From Octopus vulgaris (lineage: Eukaryota): a stretch of DNA of 64,000 nucleotides. Below the pieces are notes generated by a model, which was not told the origin of the DNA, made no database searches, and was given only the letters and a program-made list of their open reading frames with translations. Positions 63,881 through 64,000 of the stretch are shown here, in pieces. Each line of letters begins with the position of its first letter. Position 1 is the stretch's first letter. The translations under genes were made by a program, and so were the position numbers. The stretch lies in NCBI GenBank assembly GCA_951406725.2, contig OX597817.1:158224001-158288000 (forward strand). The letters are read 5' to 3'.

Positions 63881-64000
63881 TTAAATGAGCTAAATGAAAA
63901 ACACAAGGAGCATTTTCTAACTGGAGCCAACTGACAATCTTCTATATTCCATCTTGCAGTCTTTTGTTGAGGCAAAATTTGCCAAATGATGAGTCTTGGT

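Noticed and set aside
49021-64000. First coding exon of ARF (MG...MRILM)
   Set aside because: No matching minus-strand segment ending ATG G|GT was found by eye; it probably lies outside the window.

Overview
Eukaryotic, AT-rich, repeat-dense genomic DNA. The SINE families and repeat landscape suggest an octopus (coleoid cephalopod) genome; this is an inference. The one identifiable host gene is a class II ADP-ribosylation factor (ARF4/5-like) on the minus strand, with five coding exons at 49020-36581 and its first coding exon probably lying beyond the right edge of the window. A second minus-strand gene is suggested by a CpG-rich promoter near 21.9 kb and a well-bounded exon at 5222-5287. The rest is transposable-element archaeology. 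(1) A full-length piggyBac (1083-3697; TTAA TSD, 14-bp TIRs, DDD triad, Cys-rich tail) is broken only by one missing T in a homopolymer, and a family of ~221-bp MITEs built from related ends is scattered across the window. (2) There is a fossil Helitron Rep/PIF1 element and five non-autonomous Helitrons. (3) A Merlin-like element has perfect 49-bp TIRs. (4) A fold-back mariner derivative is present. (5) A Penelope-like fold-back element carries hammerhead-ribozyme-like cores. (6) An RTE LINE fragment carries a PHD-type finger. (7) There are dozens of tRNA-derived SINEs and RTE 3'-end copies. Most ORFs in the supplied track are spurious read-throughs of repeats. Boundaries of degenerate repeats are approximate.
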